A DNA stretch of 64,000 bases from Macrostomum hystrix (Eukaryota; Animalia; Platyhelminthes), in the NCBI GenBank assembly GCA_950097015.1, contig CATNEN010000007.1:6448001-6512000 (forward strand), in the 5' to 3' direction. Made by a program: the position numbers and the translations under genes. Positions 63,291-64,000 of this stretch are shown here, one piece after another. The notes beneath the pieces are model-generated. The model saw only the letters and a list, made by a program, of their open reading frames with translations. It ran no database searches and was not told where the DNA came from. Each line of letters starts with the position of its first letter. Within the stretch, counting starts at the first letter, position 1.

Positions 63291-64000
63291 CTGTGAGGTG
63301 AGGTGAGCTGGACTTGCTCAAGTTCCTTGCATTCTCTGCCTATGCTTAACTTTTTTTTCTCATGGGTTCTCAAGCAATACCACATGACCGCATCACAATA
63401 CCATTCAACTGGAACATGAGTCCAGGATCAGTTTGGATTTTTTACAAATAAAACTATTCTAGCTATAAAATACTAGAAGCAGAAAGCATTAGGACTCAAT
63501 CAGCTATAGCTTGTATTGCTGTAATAAGACAGTTTAGGCTCTAAATTTTAACTACCTTGCTCGTCAAAATATGAAAAATACACATATGCTCATCAGGTGT
63601 AGTAGCTTTCACGAACCCCACTGCATAAATATACGAGTAGATAGGTACAAAGCAAAGCAAGTGTTTGAGATCATTGAGTTCAAGTCAAATTGGTGCGAGT
63701 GATTCAGCAGGGAAGCAGAAATTACACCGGAAAAATGTAAGTGATCAATTCAGCTGACACGCAGTGAAACAAAGTTCGTTGATTGTTAGGGCAGTAATTT
63801 TTTTAATGCAGTAAAAATCCGCGTAGCATAAATGTTGACGAAAAATAGAGAATTTATTATTCCACCTGTGACCTCGAGCTTTGTAATTCTACCTGTGGAG
63901 TAGAACTCTGGTGAGTCCTCTGGGCCGGACTTGCCCGCCGCCGCGCGCTGCCTCTGAGACCGGTGGCGCTGCTCTGAGGCGGGATTCGCCGAGAAAGTTT

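Noticed and set aside
46227-63301. Many plus-strand ORFs over the dynein, ROR and LLTP exons
   Set aside because: Antisense shadows of GC3-rich coding sequence.

Overview
Eukaryotic animal genomic DNA with GT-AG introns, many only ~70-100 bp. Exons are GC-rich and polyQ-rich, and minisatellites are very dense. This style suggests a free-living flatworm such as Macrostomum, which is an inference only. Minus-strand genes: (1) the 5' part of a large lipid transfer protein (vitellogenin/apolipophorin/apoB-like; 6326 to <1); (2) a complete 7-coding-exon ROR receptor tyrosine kinase (Ig-CRD-Kringle-TM-kinase; 16796-7968) with pseudokinase-type substitutions; (3) a 96-aa secreted knottin/toxin-like Cys-rich precursor (39376-39086) with its own TATA promoter; (4) most of an outer-arm axonemal dynein heavy chain (DNAH5/8 type; >63290-46185). 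A two-exon low-complexity orphan gene may lie on the plus strand (41536-42637). The most striking hidden feature is a tandemly duplicated pair of homologous dynein exons (53052-53174 and 52112-52228) that look mutually exclusive. Each has a donor-proximal sequence complementary to a site in the downstream intron, suggesting RNA-structure-guided exon choice. Mobile elements: a hAT MITE with a perfect 8-bp TSD carrying a minisatellite, a decayed Merlin/ISXO2-like transposase, and two tRNA-derived SINEs (one CORE-like). About 20 minisatellite arrays are present, including ~100 tandem AP-1-like motifs in ROR intron 1. Exon boundaries were derived by hand from frame and splice signals, and homologies were recognised from remembered motifs, not from searches.
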